DNA of 64,000 bases from an uncultured Gammaproteobacteria bacterium (GTDB lineage Bacteria > Patescibacteriota > Patescibacteriia > UBA1558 > 2-01-FULL-52-15), in contig CAYOCJ010000002.1 of the NCBI GenBank assembly GCA_964402565.1, positions 79,392 to 143,391 of the forward strand, read 5' to 3'. Position numbers and translations under genes: made by a program. How positions within the stretch are numbered: the first letter of the stretch is position 1; the number at the start of each line of letters is the position of its first letter. A model generated the notes under the pieces. It was not told where the DNA came from. It did no database searches and saw nothing but the letters and a program-made list of their open reading frames with translations. Below are positions 21,740 through 30,560 of this stretch, piece after piece.

Positions 21740-23584
21740 ATGTGCGGAATCGTCGGCTATATCGGAAAAAATCAAGTTGACCTGTTCTCTGTGCTGAGAT
21801 CTGGGCTGCTTGGCCTTGAGTATAGAGGCTATGACAGCGCCGGTATTGCCATGATCAATGGCAGTAACTTTGTTGTTGCAAAATGTATAGGCGGGCCGAG
21901 TAATTTAACGCTTGAGACAACACCTCTCGCGACCGTTGGCATCGGTCATACGCGGTGGGCAACGCATGGCGGCATTTCTGAAGGGAATGCACATCCGCAT
22001 TTTGATTGTGAGCGCCGGTTTGCAGTAGTGCACAATGGGACAATCGAAAATTTTGCAGAGCTTAAAAAAGATTTGATCGCAGCAGGGCATCGTTTTTCTT
22101 CTGAAACGGACACTGAAGTTATCGCACACCTGATCGAGGCAGAATACAAGGAAACAGGAGAGTATCGGGAGGCTATTTTTAAGGCCATACAGAAACTGAT
22201 CGGGGCCTATGGCATTGTCGTCGTATCGAAAGACGATCCATCGCGTATTATCGCTGCACGCCGAGGGAGTCCGCTGCTTATCGGCATCGGCAGCGATTCG
22301 TTCATGGTCGCATCCGATCAAAATGCCTTGGTCGAGTACTGTACGCGCGTCGTGTACCTGGATGATAATGAACTGGTGGATATTCGCATGGACGGATACA
22401 CTGTGCAGAGGACTGACGGCGTTCATATTCAGAAAGATGAACATATGCTGGAGCGATCTGAAGCGCTCTCAGGCAAAGGCTCTTATGAACATTTCATGCT
22501 CAAGGAAATCGAAGAGCAGATGCACACCTTGCAGGCCGGTATTTCCGGACGATTGAATATTCCCGAAGGCACATCATTTTTGGGCGGCATACGTGATGTC
22601 TTGCCGCAGCTGCATAAAGCCACCAATGTCATTCTGACCGGTTGTGGAACAGCGTTTCATGCAGCGCTTTACGGTAAGTATTTGTTCGAACAACTCCTGA
22701 ATATTCCGATACGGGCAGAGATCGCTTCAGAGCTATTTTTTGAAAAAGTGAATGAGCCTCCGGAGACTACGGTGATCTTTTACGTCAGCCAGTCTGGAGA
22801 AACTGCCGATACGAAAGATGTACTGACTGAAATGAAACGGCGGGGGTATCTAAATATCGGCATCGTGAATGTTGCCGGTTCTTCCATAGCGCGCGAAACC
22901 GATGCGGGCGTTTATATTCGTGCCGGGGTCGAACGCGCTGTTGCTTCGACAAAGGCATTTACGTCGCAAATACTAGCGCTGTTGTTAGTCGCAGTTACCA
23001 TGGCGCGGCAGCGCGGCATGAGCAAGATCGAAGCACAAGATATTCTACATGAGCTTGAGCAGCTGCCGCAGAATGTAGGCAGGTTATTGGAACGACTCGC
23101 TCCGCAAATCAAGGATGTTGCGCAGAGCATTAAGTCGAACCATTTACTGACATTTTTGGGTAAAAAGTATAGTTATCCGGTGGCGCTTGAGGCCAGTTTG
23201 AAAGTCAAAGAGATTACCTATATTCCAACGGATGCATATCCGGCTGGCGAATTAAAGCATGGCTCACTGGCTCTGGTGGATAGCGATTATTGGGCGTTCG
23301 TGATAGCTCCTGAAGATAATTTGTTCAGCCAGCTTTCAAATACAGTGCACGAGATACGCGCACGGGGCGGCAAGGTCTGCCTCATTACGAATCAAGGGCG
23401 CGCCGATGATGCATTGATCGCTTCGACTGAGGCAGTATTTTTTGTGCCGAAGCTCCGGTTCAATTTTCTCTATCCATTTTATACGGTCATTCCTTTTCAG
23501 CTGCTGAGTTATCAGATCGCTCTCGCGCTGGGCAGAGAAATCGATAAGCCTCGGAATTTGGCAAAGTCAGTCACCGTGCATTAA
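21740..23584 (+). CDS. glmS: Glutamine-fructose-6-phosphate aminotransferase
   Basis: MCGIVG, LEYRGYDSAG, GHTRWATHG, SQSGET, PRNLAKSVTV. Confidence 0.98.
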   Translation: MCGIVGYIGKNQVDLFSVLRSGLLGLEYRGYDSAGIAMINGSNFVVAKCIGGPSNLTLETTPLATVGIGHTRWATHGGISEGNAHPHFDCERRFAVVHNGTIENFAELKKDLIAAGHRFSSETDTEVIAHLIEAEYKETGEYREAIFKAIQKLIGAYGIVVVSKDDPSRIIAARRGSPLLIGIGSDSFMVASDQNALVEYCTRVVYLDDNELVDIRMDGYTVQRTDGVHIQKDEHMLERSEALSGKGSYEHFMLKEIEEQMHTLQAGISGRLNIPEGTSFLGGIRDVLPQLHKATNVILTGCGTAFHAALYGKYLFEQLLNIPIRAEIASELFFEKVNEPPETTVIFYVSQSGETADTKDVLTEMKRRGYLNIGIVNVAGSSIARETDAGVYIRAGVERAVASTKAFTSQILALLLVAVTMARQRGMSKIEAQDILHELEQLPQNVGRLLERLAPQIKDVAQSIKSNHLLTFLGKKYSYPVALEASLKVKEITYIPTDAYPAGELKHGSLALVDSDYWAFVIAPEDNLFSQLSNTVHEIRARGGKVCLITNQGRADDALIASTEAVFFVPKLRFNFLYPFYTVIPFQLLSYQIALALGREIDKPRNLAKSVTVH

Positions 23585-23598
23585 CTGTATATCTGTGT

Positions 23599-24846
23599 AT
23601 GCGCCGCATCGTCGATTTTCATATTCATTCAAAATACTCTCGTGCGACCTCGAAGCATCTTGATCTTGCGGAGATTGCGAAGTGGTCCGAACGCAAAGGA
23701 TTGGATATCGTGAGCAGCGGCGATTTTACGCATCCGCGATGGCTTTCAGAAATTAAATCACAACTCACTGAAGACGGGAGCGGCCTGCTCTCGCATCAGG
23801 CATATCCGAAAATGAAATTCATGCTCGGCAGCGAGGTTGCTTGCATCTATCGCCATAAGGATCAAACCCGCAGATTGCATCATGTATTGCTCTCGCCATC
23901 GATCGCCAGCGTGGAAAAATTAAATGAGGCTCTCACCAAACGCGGCTGCAAGCTCGCATCGGATGGACGGCCTATACTCGGGATGTCGTCAAAAGAACTC
24001 CTGCATACATTACTTGAGGTTGACGATCGGATGGTTATGATTCCGGCTCATATCTGGACGCCATGGTTCGCATTATTCGGGTCAAAATCCGGCTATGATG
24101 CGCTTGAAGATTGCTTCGAGGACCTGTCGGATCATATTTTTGCTCTTGAAACCGGACTTTCATCTGATCCATTGATGAATCGTGCGCTATCAAAACTTGA
24201 TCGCTACGCGCTCGTTTCAAATTCAGATGCACATTCAGGACCGAAGCTCGGCCGTGAAGCAAATGTTTTCGACCTTGCTGATCAAAGCTACGATGCCATC
24301 ATGGATGCGCTGAAAAAACGCGACACAAAAAAGTTTTTATACACGATCGAATTTTTTCCTGAGGAGGGCATGTATCATTTTGACGGGCATCGCGCATGCA
24401 AAGTTTCCTTTGCGCCTGACCAGACGAAGAAGCATAAAGGCATTTGTCCGGTTTGCCGGAAACCATTAACGATCGGCGTCATGAACCGTGTGGATAACTT
24501 GCGAAACAGAGAATTCGGTGCAGAACCTGCGGGACTCGTACCCTACAAACACATTGTACCGCTCCCCGATATTCTCGCAGACTATTTTCAGATGTCAGAC
24601 ACCAGCCAGCGAGTTATGAAAATGTATTTCGATATCATTGCCAGGGGTGCAAATGAATTCCATGTTCTTCTCGATGCGGCAATTGATGATCTGAAGTCAT
24701 GGATGCCGCATGATCTTGCTGAGGGGATCATTCGTGTACGAGAGGGCAGGCTCAGTGTGACGCCAGGATATGACGGAAATTATGGTAGTGTTAGCATTTT
24801 TTCAGCGGAAAACCGCAGTTCAAGTATGCAAAAACGACTTCTGTAA
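23599..24846 (+). CDS. Endonuclease Q family (PHP domain plus Zn ribbon)
   Basis: DFHIHSKYSRATS, PAHIWTPW, ETGLSSDP, SNSDAHS, CPVC, PGYDG.YG. Confidence 0.92.
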   Translation: MRRIVDFHIHSKYSRATSKHLDLAEIAKWSERKGLDIVSSGDFTHPRWLSEIKSQLTEDGSGLLSHQAYPKMKFMLGSEVACIYRHKDQTRRLHHVLLSPSIASVEKLNEALTKRGCKLASDGRPILGMSSKELLHTLLEVDDRMVMIPAHIWTPWFALFGSKSGYDALEDCFEDLSDHIFALETGLSSDPLMNRALSKLDRYALVSNSDAHSGPKLGREANVFDLADQSYDAIMDALKKRDTKKFLYTIEFFPEEGMYHFDGHRACKVSFAPDQTKKHKGICPVCRKPLTIGVMNRVDNLRNREFGAEPAGLVPYKHIVPLPDILADYFQMSDTSQRVMKMYFDIIARGANEFHVLLDAAIDDLKSWMPHDLAEGIIRVREGRLSVTPGYDGNYGSVSIFSAENRSSSMQKRLL

Positions 24847-24907
24847 TGATTGCGCGATCGAAGCCCTGAGATAAATCAAAATCTTTTATCTAGAAAATTT
24901 TTGGTAA

Positions 24908-24947
24908 ACAAAAAATCCTACTAGAACATGGAACGTAGGATTTTTTG
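24908..24947 (-). terminator. Terminator of the Lys-rich peptide gene (probably bidirectional)
   Basis: AAAAAATCCTAC..GTAGGATTTTTT. Confidence 0.7.
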
Positions 24948-24964
24948 TGTAAAGACGTGCGAAA

Positions 24965-25036
24965 CTAGCTTCGCTTTTTCGAGGACTTCTTTTTTGTAGT
25001 CTTCTTTGCCTTTTTCTTTGCCTTTTTCTTTGCCAT
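24965..25036 (-). CDS. 23-aa Lys-rich peptide MAKKKAKKKAKKTTKKKSSKKRS
   Basis: Perfect SD AAAGGAGGTGA, upstream TATACT, own terminator; below the ORF-track cutoff. Confidence 0.8.
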   Translation of the reverse strand: MAKKKAKKKAKKTTKKKSSKKRS

Positions 25037-25167
25037 GAGTAGACTCACCTCCTTTCGATTGAAAGATTTGAGTAGTTAAAATTTACTCAAGTGACTCTAG
25101 TATACTATGAATAGAAAAAAAATACAATGCAATTTCTGCATTGTCGTGGCCACTTTCATAGATTTTT

Positions 25168-25449
25168 TTATCTGTGCAAGTATGTTCCGAACGTTTTGCT
25201 TACGACCCAGCCCATGAATGGCGCGAGCAGGCCTGTTGCATGCATGCAACCGACCACCATGAAGAGAAGTCCGATTAATTTATAGAATGCACGGCTTCCG
25301 CCTTCTGAGTGCAGATGTTTTTCAGCGAATGGAATTGAGCCGAAGTTCTGCAACATCCAGTCTGCCTTCAATACAACGACAAAACCAATGCCTGCTATCA
25401 GAATACCGGCGATAAATTGTCCGAACGACCAGGAGTATTGTGGTTCCAT
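25168..25449 (-). CDS. Small membrane protein
   Basis: Two TM helices, FG.I..AE..L...GGSR..YKL.G motif. Confidence 0.8.
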   Translation of the reverse strand: MEPQYSWSFGQFIAGILIAGIGFVVVLKADWMLQNFGSIPFAEKHLHSEGGSRAFYKLIGLLFMVVGCMHATGLLAPFMGWVVSKTFGTYLHR

Positions 25450-25489
25450 ACTGGGTACAGTATAGCAGAATCATTGCAATAGGGAAGCG

Positions 25490-26701
25490 TTATTCGAGCA
25501 AGTCTTTTAACCGATCGAGCCTATGCACTATGGATCCCTTGAGTACAATAAGCGATTTTGATGTTGTATTTTGCAGCAACTCTTCCGAAAGTGCAGTATA
25601 GCCAGTATCGGTTATATAATGCATCCCAGGAAGTACAGATTGAATAATTGTTGCATCTTCAACGGGCCCGATAAAGAAAATCATATCAGCAAAAGATGCT
25701 AAAGAAGCTAACTCGTTATAGAAATGTTCGCGTTGTTTGCCTAGTGGACGCAGTTCAGTCAGGACCAAGATTTTTTTATCTGCTCGAATACCAGATGCAT
25801 TTTTTAAAAACCAAAATGCATCCATCGGTGTAGATTTATAGATATCGCTCAGAATAGTCGCGCCATTCTTCGCGCGTGAAAATTGCAGGCGACTTTGCGA
25901 AAAAGTATAATCGGCAAACAACATTTTTTGTGGCGTAATCTGCAACGCTAGCAAATACGCAATGCTGGAAACTATGGCCTGCAGCTGTACAGAAAAAAGC
26001 GGACGGTTAAAAATAAAATCATGCGGCGATGTGTTATATGAGATTGTGACCGTATCAGTTTGAGATATAACTTGTTCAATAGGCATGAAGTTGAGATAAT
26101 TCGTCCAAGCAGAAACAAAAACATCTGATTCGGTATGGTGAACTGAATAGGAAATTTTCTTTGCGCCTATGCTAGGCATATCGATAAGTTTTTTACTCCC
26201 AGCATCATTTGCATCATAAAAAATATAACCAGTTTTCGGCACGGCTCTGAGCAAAGCAATGCGTTCGGTGTATATTTTGTCTGCCGAACCTGCCCAGTCA
26301 AAATCTGCAATACCGGTCAAAAAAACCGACTGTGGCGTAAAATGCTTCAAAAACCAGGGAATATCATGGTAAAAGTCAGCACCAAGTTCGATCAGAACTG
26401 TTTTTTTCTTATCGACTTTTGCATGTGCTAACGCGATCCATGATGCAAGCTTTGTTTTCGAAAAACGGGTGATACCGAGCGCGGCAAAGAGAACACCAAG
26501 CTCATTTGAATAGCCGAGCTCATTGCTTTCGATCTCATAATTCATTTTGCGCAATGCAAATGCGAGCGCGTCACGCGTCGTTGTTTTTCCAGCCGTACCG
26601 GTGAAAACTAAAAACGAACAATTACCATTGCGTAATTCTTTTCGCTTTAAGAAGAAAAGGATATTTGCCGCAGTCCGGGTCACGAATCGAGTAGCCGACA
26701 T
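25490..26701 (-). CDS. Mur ligase, MurF-like (divergent)
   Basis: FTGTAGKTTT, N.LG, ELGAD, D.YKSTP, VLKGS; overlaps murE. Confidence 0.8.
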   Translation of the reverse strand: MSATRFVTRTAANILFFLKRKELRNGNCSFLVFTGTAGKTTTRDALAFALRKMNYEIESNELGYSNELGVLFAALGITRFSKTKLASWIALAHAKVDKKKTVLIELGADFYHDIPWFLKHFTPQSVFLTGIADFDWAGSADKIYTERIALLRAVPKTGYIFYDANDAGSKKLIDMPSIGAKKISYSVHHTESDVFVSAWTNYLNFMPIEQVISQTDTVTISYNTSPHDFIFNRPLFSVQLQAIVSSIAYLLALQITPQKMLFADYTFSQSRLQFSRAKNGATILSDIYKSTPMDAFWFLKNASGIRADKKILVLTELRPLGKQREHFYNELASLASFADMIFFIGPVEDATIIQSVLPGMHYITDTGYTALSEELLQNTTSKSLIVLKGSIVHRLDRLKDLLE

Positions 26702-28002
26702 ATTGTTTCTTTTTCGTTATAAGAGACCTTTCTGCCTAGCGGATGTGCAATAACTGTTTCAGACCCTTTGCCGGTAAAAAGCAGCAACGTGCTGTCAGTA
26801 ACAGTATCTAGCGCATAGGCGACCGCCTGCGTTCGTTGCGCAATAATTGTTGCCCGATGTGTATCTTTAAATCCTTTGAGAATATCGTCCAGTATATTTT
26901 GTATCGGCTCGTCGAAAGAATTTTCCTCGGTGAGAATTGATGTCTTTGTGTAGCGTTCAGAAAGTTCAGCTAGACGAGGTCGTTTCCATCGATCTCGTCC
27001 GCCTCCCGCTGCACCAAAGACATGATGAATCTCGCCTGAAAAGTTTTCACTCAAAAAAATTAATAACTTGGTAAGAGCTGCAACAGTATGCGCGTAATCA
27101 ATAATAATCAGAGGCTTTTTTTTGATAACCTCAAATCGTCCCGGAACCGAGCAATGCTGTTCTAATGCAGTACGAGCCGTTTCTGGGTTTATATTGAGCA
27201 ATGAACATACTGCAAAAGCAGCAAGCACATTATCACATACGAATGGCCCGCCCTGAGCCAGATGAAGCGTTGTCAGCGTTTCATGGTAGCGTACGTCAAG
27301 TGTATTCGATTCAATCGTCGAATTTTTAATAGTGCCTCGCACAGTAACACCATCGGTATATCCAAATGTTATTTTTGTATCAGCTTCATAGTTCAGAAAC
27401 TCTTTTGCATGTTCGTCATCGCCATTTACAACGATTGCTTTTGGTATGCCTTTGTTTTTTCCCTCGCGTATCAGTTTAAAGAGTTCTGCCTTGGTATTTT
27501 TATACCCGATAAAGCCGCCATGTGACTCAAGATGCTCCGGGTGAATATTCGTACAAACCGCTACATCAAAATCAATACACTTGTGCCTCTGTTGTTTAAT
27601 GCCTTCTGAGGTTATTTCCAATACTGCAAAATCACATTTATTTTTTACCAGGGTTGATAAAAATTTTTGCATAAAGAGGCGGCCTGGCATGGTCATCTTG
27701 AAACTATTTGGTTTTTCTGTGAGGCCATCGCTAAAAGCCACTGATGAAAAATAACCAACGCTGAATCCGGCTTCTTTCAAGATGCGAGCAATATACACGA
27801 CGGTCGAGCTTTTACCATCAGTGCCGGTAACGCCTATGATCTTCAGTTTTTGTGACGGGCGATGGTACAGGATACTACCGACAAAAGGGAACAGGGCAAA
27901 GTAGAAATTGAGAAGGGGAGCCGGCAGAATTTTCTTTAATCTTTTTTTTAAAACAAAGACACGCTCGCGATTACTCAGGGGTTGCTCGGTCACACGTTTC
28001 AT
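26680..28002 (-). CDS. murE: UDP-MurNAc-tripeptide synthetase MurE
   Basis: GVTGTDGKSS, EITSEG, TNIHPEHLESH, PGRFE, DYAHT, FGAAGGGRD. Confidence 0.9.
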   Translation of the reverse strand: MKRVTEQPLSNRERVFVLKKRLKKILPAPLLNFYFALFPFVGSILYHRPSQKLKIIGVTGTDGKSSTVVYIARILKEAGFSVGYFSSVAFSDGLTEKPNSFKMTMPGRLFMQKFLSTLVKNKCDFAVLEITSEGIKQQRHKCIDFDVAVCTNIHPEHLESHGGFIGYKNTKAELFKLIREGKNKGIPKAIVVNGDDEHAKEFLNYEADTKITFGYTDGVTVRGTIKNSTIESNTLDVRYHETLTTLHLAQGGPFVCDNVLAAFAVCSLLNINPETARTALEQHCSVPGRFEVIKKKPLIIIDYAHTVAALTKLLIFLSENFSGEIHHVFGAAGGGRDRWKRPRLAELSERYTKTSILTEENSFDEPIQNILDDILKGFKDTHRATIIAQRTQAVAYALDTVTDSTLLLFTGKGSETVIAHPLGRKVSYNEKETICRLLDS

Positions 28003-28051
28003 ACAATCTAATGATAGCAAAATAAAATAAAAAAATCGCTCAAGGCGAATA

Positions 28052-28128
28052 TGGTGGGCAGTAAAGGATTCGAACCTTTGACCTCCTCGGTGTAAACGAG
28101 GCGCTCTAACCAGCTGAGCTAACTGCCC
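28052..28128 (-). tRNA. tRNA-Val(TAC)
   Basis: Cloverleaf on the minus strand, CCA. Confidence 0.96.
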
Positions 28129-28205
28129 TGGTGGTCGCATCTGGATTCGAACCAGAGGCCTTACGGATGTGAACCGTACGCTCTAACCAACTGAGCTATG
28201 CGACC
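28129..28205 (-). tRNA. tRNA-Val(CAC)
   Basis: TACGG-TTCACAT-CCGTA, CCA; abuts tRNA-Val(TAC). Confidence 0.95.
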
Positions 28206-28325
28206 TCAAATTGGTATTTGCTATTCCCGCTGCCGCTCCACTACTGTGGAGCGAGCCTCGCTCGCACAGCGAGCGGAGCTAATCACCCCCACATTAAGAG
28301 ATTGACTCAAACAGTTTCTAAAAAA

Positions 28326-28401
28326 TGGTGGACCCGGCAGGATTCGAACCTGTGACCTCCTCGGTGCAAACGAGGCGCTCTACCAACTGAGCTACGGGCC
28401 C
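28326..28401 (-). tRNA. tRNA-Ala(TGC)
   Basis: CCTCG-TTTGCAC-CGAGG, G3:U70, CCA. Confidence 0.96.
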
Positions 28402-28402
28402 A

Positions 28403-28488
28403 TGGTGCCGACGAGAGGACTCGAACCTCCAATCCTTGTGGGAGCTACCACCTCAAGGTAGTGCGTATACCAATTCCGCCACGTCGGC
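28403..28488 (-). tRNA. tRNA-Leu(GAG)
   Basis: CTACC-TTGAGGT-GGTAG, long variable arm, CCA. Confidence 0.96.
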
Positions 28489-28533
28489 AAATGTGAATGA
28501 CCTATTGCACGTATCAGTCGAGCCGGCGTGCAG

Positions 28534-28929
28534 TTATGAACTGATCGCTTCCTCTTTCAGCTTCTTGCTGTATCCTTTGCGGAGATAACCGAGTTTTGCG
28601 CGGCGCACCTTCGCCTTCTTCACCAGTTCGAACGTGCTGATCCATGGAGAGTGGATCGGGAAGATCTTTTCTACGCCGACGCCTTCGGAAATTTTTCGCA
28701 CCGTGATCGTAGCGCCGGCAGAGGAGCCGTGTTTGCGTTCAAGTACAATGCCTTCGAAAACCTGAATGCGCTTCTTTTCTTCTCCTTTTGCATTTTTTTC
28801 TGCCAAAATTTGATGAACCCTGACCGTTACTCCTGGCTTGATCTGAGCAAGTGTTTCAGCAGATGTTCCGACCGCAGTCCCGTCAAAACTTCGTTCATGT
28901 ACTACTTTTTTGGATGTATCTTTCGCCAT
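28534..28929 (-). CDS. rplS: 50S ribosomal protein L19
   Basis: RIQVFEG, TVRKIS.GVGVEKIFP, KVRRAKL.YLR. Confidence 0.97.
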   Translation of the reverse strand: MAKDTSKKVVHERSFDGTAVGTSAETLAQIKPGVTVRVHQILAEKNAKGEEKKRIQVFEGIVLERKHGSSAGATITVRKISEGVGVEKIFPIHSPWISTFELVKKAKVRRAKLGYLRKGYSKKLKEEAISS

Positions 28930-29017
28930 ACGCTAGGTAAATTCACTTTTTAGACTTTGAGAATTGTACAGAAAAAATATCAAGTTGTCAACCCTTGCCG
29001 GGCAGCGGGCCGGGGGC

Positions 29018-29581
29018 TTATTTTTTGAGTTTTTGAGCTATATAGTCGTACAATTTGCCGAATGACTGCTCGACAGTAAGGCCGCTGGTATTGAGCACAA
29101 AGTCATAGTGTTTAGGATCGTAGACATCCACGGCATAGTACTTTTTGTAGCGGGCCCGATCTGAAGCCATGCGCTTATGATGGCTTTGCAGGACTTCATC
29201 AGCGGAGCCTAAGTGATGATCTTCGTTCCGCGTATTGCCGGGTTGCTGGAGGTCATGGAATACTCGTTCTGCGCCGTCGCGTTCGTCGACATCGATAAAA
29301 ATTTTGAGTGATTGCGGAATAAGAAAAAATGATGTCCGTCCTTCGATGATAAAATTGTCCTCTTTTTTCGCAAGCTCTTTTTGGTATTCATCGACCTCTC
29401 CATCGGTCCAGGCTTCTTTTTCACCCAATGCATTCAATTCTTGCAGGGTCATTCCCCGGTCTTCGGCCATTTTGCGCCGGAGGCCGCCCATATAGTAATG
29501 TGTGTAGCCGATCTTCTCTGCGAGTTTGCTCGCGAGAGTCGATTTTCCCGAACCAGGTTTTCCGCTGATAGAAATGATCAT
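29018..29581 (-). CDS. cmk: Cytidylate kinase (archaeal-type/AAA family)
   Basis: ISISGKPGSGKST, G..RR.MA..RG, IIEGR, R..SD..RY..YY. Confidence 0.88.
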   Translation of the reverse strand: MIISISGKPGSGKSTLASKLAEKIGYTHYYMGGLRRKMAEDRGMTLQELNALGEKEAWTDGEVDEYQKELAKKEDNFIIEGRTSFFLIPQSLKIFIDVDERDGAERVFHDLQQPGNTRNEDHHLGSADEVLQSHHKRMASDRARYKKYYAVDVYDPKHYDFVLNTSGLTVEQSFGKLYDYIAQKLKK

Positions 29582-29585
29582 AGTG

Positions 29586-30503
29586 TTATGCGCATTGGTC
29601 TAAAAAATTTTGTAAAACCTTTGGTAATGCAATTGTATATTCCCGGGGCAGGCCTTCCTGGTCGCTGAAGCTCAGATGATACGCGAAGAGGAATGGCTGG
29701 TCAAGGTCGAGGGTCTTCTTTTTTTTCCTGACATCGCGCGTCCGGTATAATTTATCGCCGACAATGGAGTGGCCTATTGAATAGAAATGCGTCCGGATCT
29801 GATGCGTGCGGCCTGTCAGTATCTGTACGTCCAGAAAGGTATACTGTATGAATCGCTGCAGCACTTTGAACGTCGTGATAGCATGCTTGCCTTTACCGGT
29901 ACCGGATTGCGCTACCATGCGGCCTTTCTCTCTGCTGCGTTCGATCGGCGTATCGATATGGCCCTCATCAGCCTGAATAGAGCCGTGGACCAGGCAATAG
30001 TATTTTTTGACAATAGTGTGCTCCTGAAAGAGTCCTTTGAAATAGTCGAAGGTCTGTTGATTGAGCGCGACAAGCACCAGGCCGCTCACGTCCTTATCCA
30101 GACGATGCACGATGCCCGGACGTTTCGGATCATCGCCAACTCCTATGATCTGCGGGAATGTTTTTTTCAGCCAGCCTGCCACCGTATCGTCTTCTTCCTG
30201 TTCGGTTGGGTGTATGAGCAAGCCCGCAGGTTTCAGGATCACTGCGAAGTCTTCCGTCTGTTCTATGATTTCAGGCGATTCGGTCGCCACCGGTATGGTT
30301 TGTTTTTCTGTCGGATGCGGGTCAGGACCTTCGATCGTATCCCCAGTTTTCAGCCAATGATGTATGGTCGCTTTCTTTCCATTCACGCGAACTGATTCAC
30401 GTTCAATGAATTTTTGGATCTGTGACCTTGAAAATGTAGGATAGGCACTATGCAGGAATTTATCGAGCCGTTCCTTGCTCGTTTCGGAATAGGTCATTTT
30501 CAT
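29586..30503 (-). CDS. RluA/RluD family pseudouridine synthase
   Basis: S4 domain RLDKFL, KPAG, GIVHRLDKDVSG, TGRTHQIR. Confidence 0.95.
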   Translation of the reverse strand: MKMTYSETSKERLDKFLHSAYPTFSRSQIQKFIERESVRVNGKKATIHHWLKTGDTIEGPDPHPTEKQTIPVATESPEIIEQTEDFAVILKPAGLLIHPTEQEEDDTVAGWLKKTFPQIIGVGDDPKRPGIVHRLDKDVSGLVLVALNQQTFDYFKGLFQEHTIVKKYYCLVHGSIQADEGHIDTPIERSREKGRMVAQSGTGKGKHAITTFKVLQRFIQYTFLDVQILTGRTHQIRTHFYSIGHSIVGDKLYRTRDVRKKKKTLDLDQPFLFAYHLSFSDQEGLPREYTIALPKVLQNFLDQCA

Positions 30504-30560
30504 GCTAGCAGTATAGCGTATTCGCGGCTTTTTCGGAATAAAAAGCAAAATCAGGTCAGT

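Noticed and set aside
19673-28140. Long N-terminal extensions in the ORF track (PhoH to 21421, murE to 28140, glmS from 21689; likewise pilin from 50098)
   Set aside because: They run through promoters, tRNAs or terminators; downstream starts match family N-termini and SD or -10 positions.
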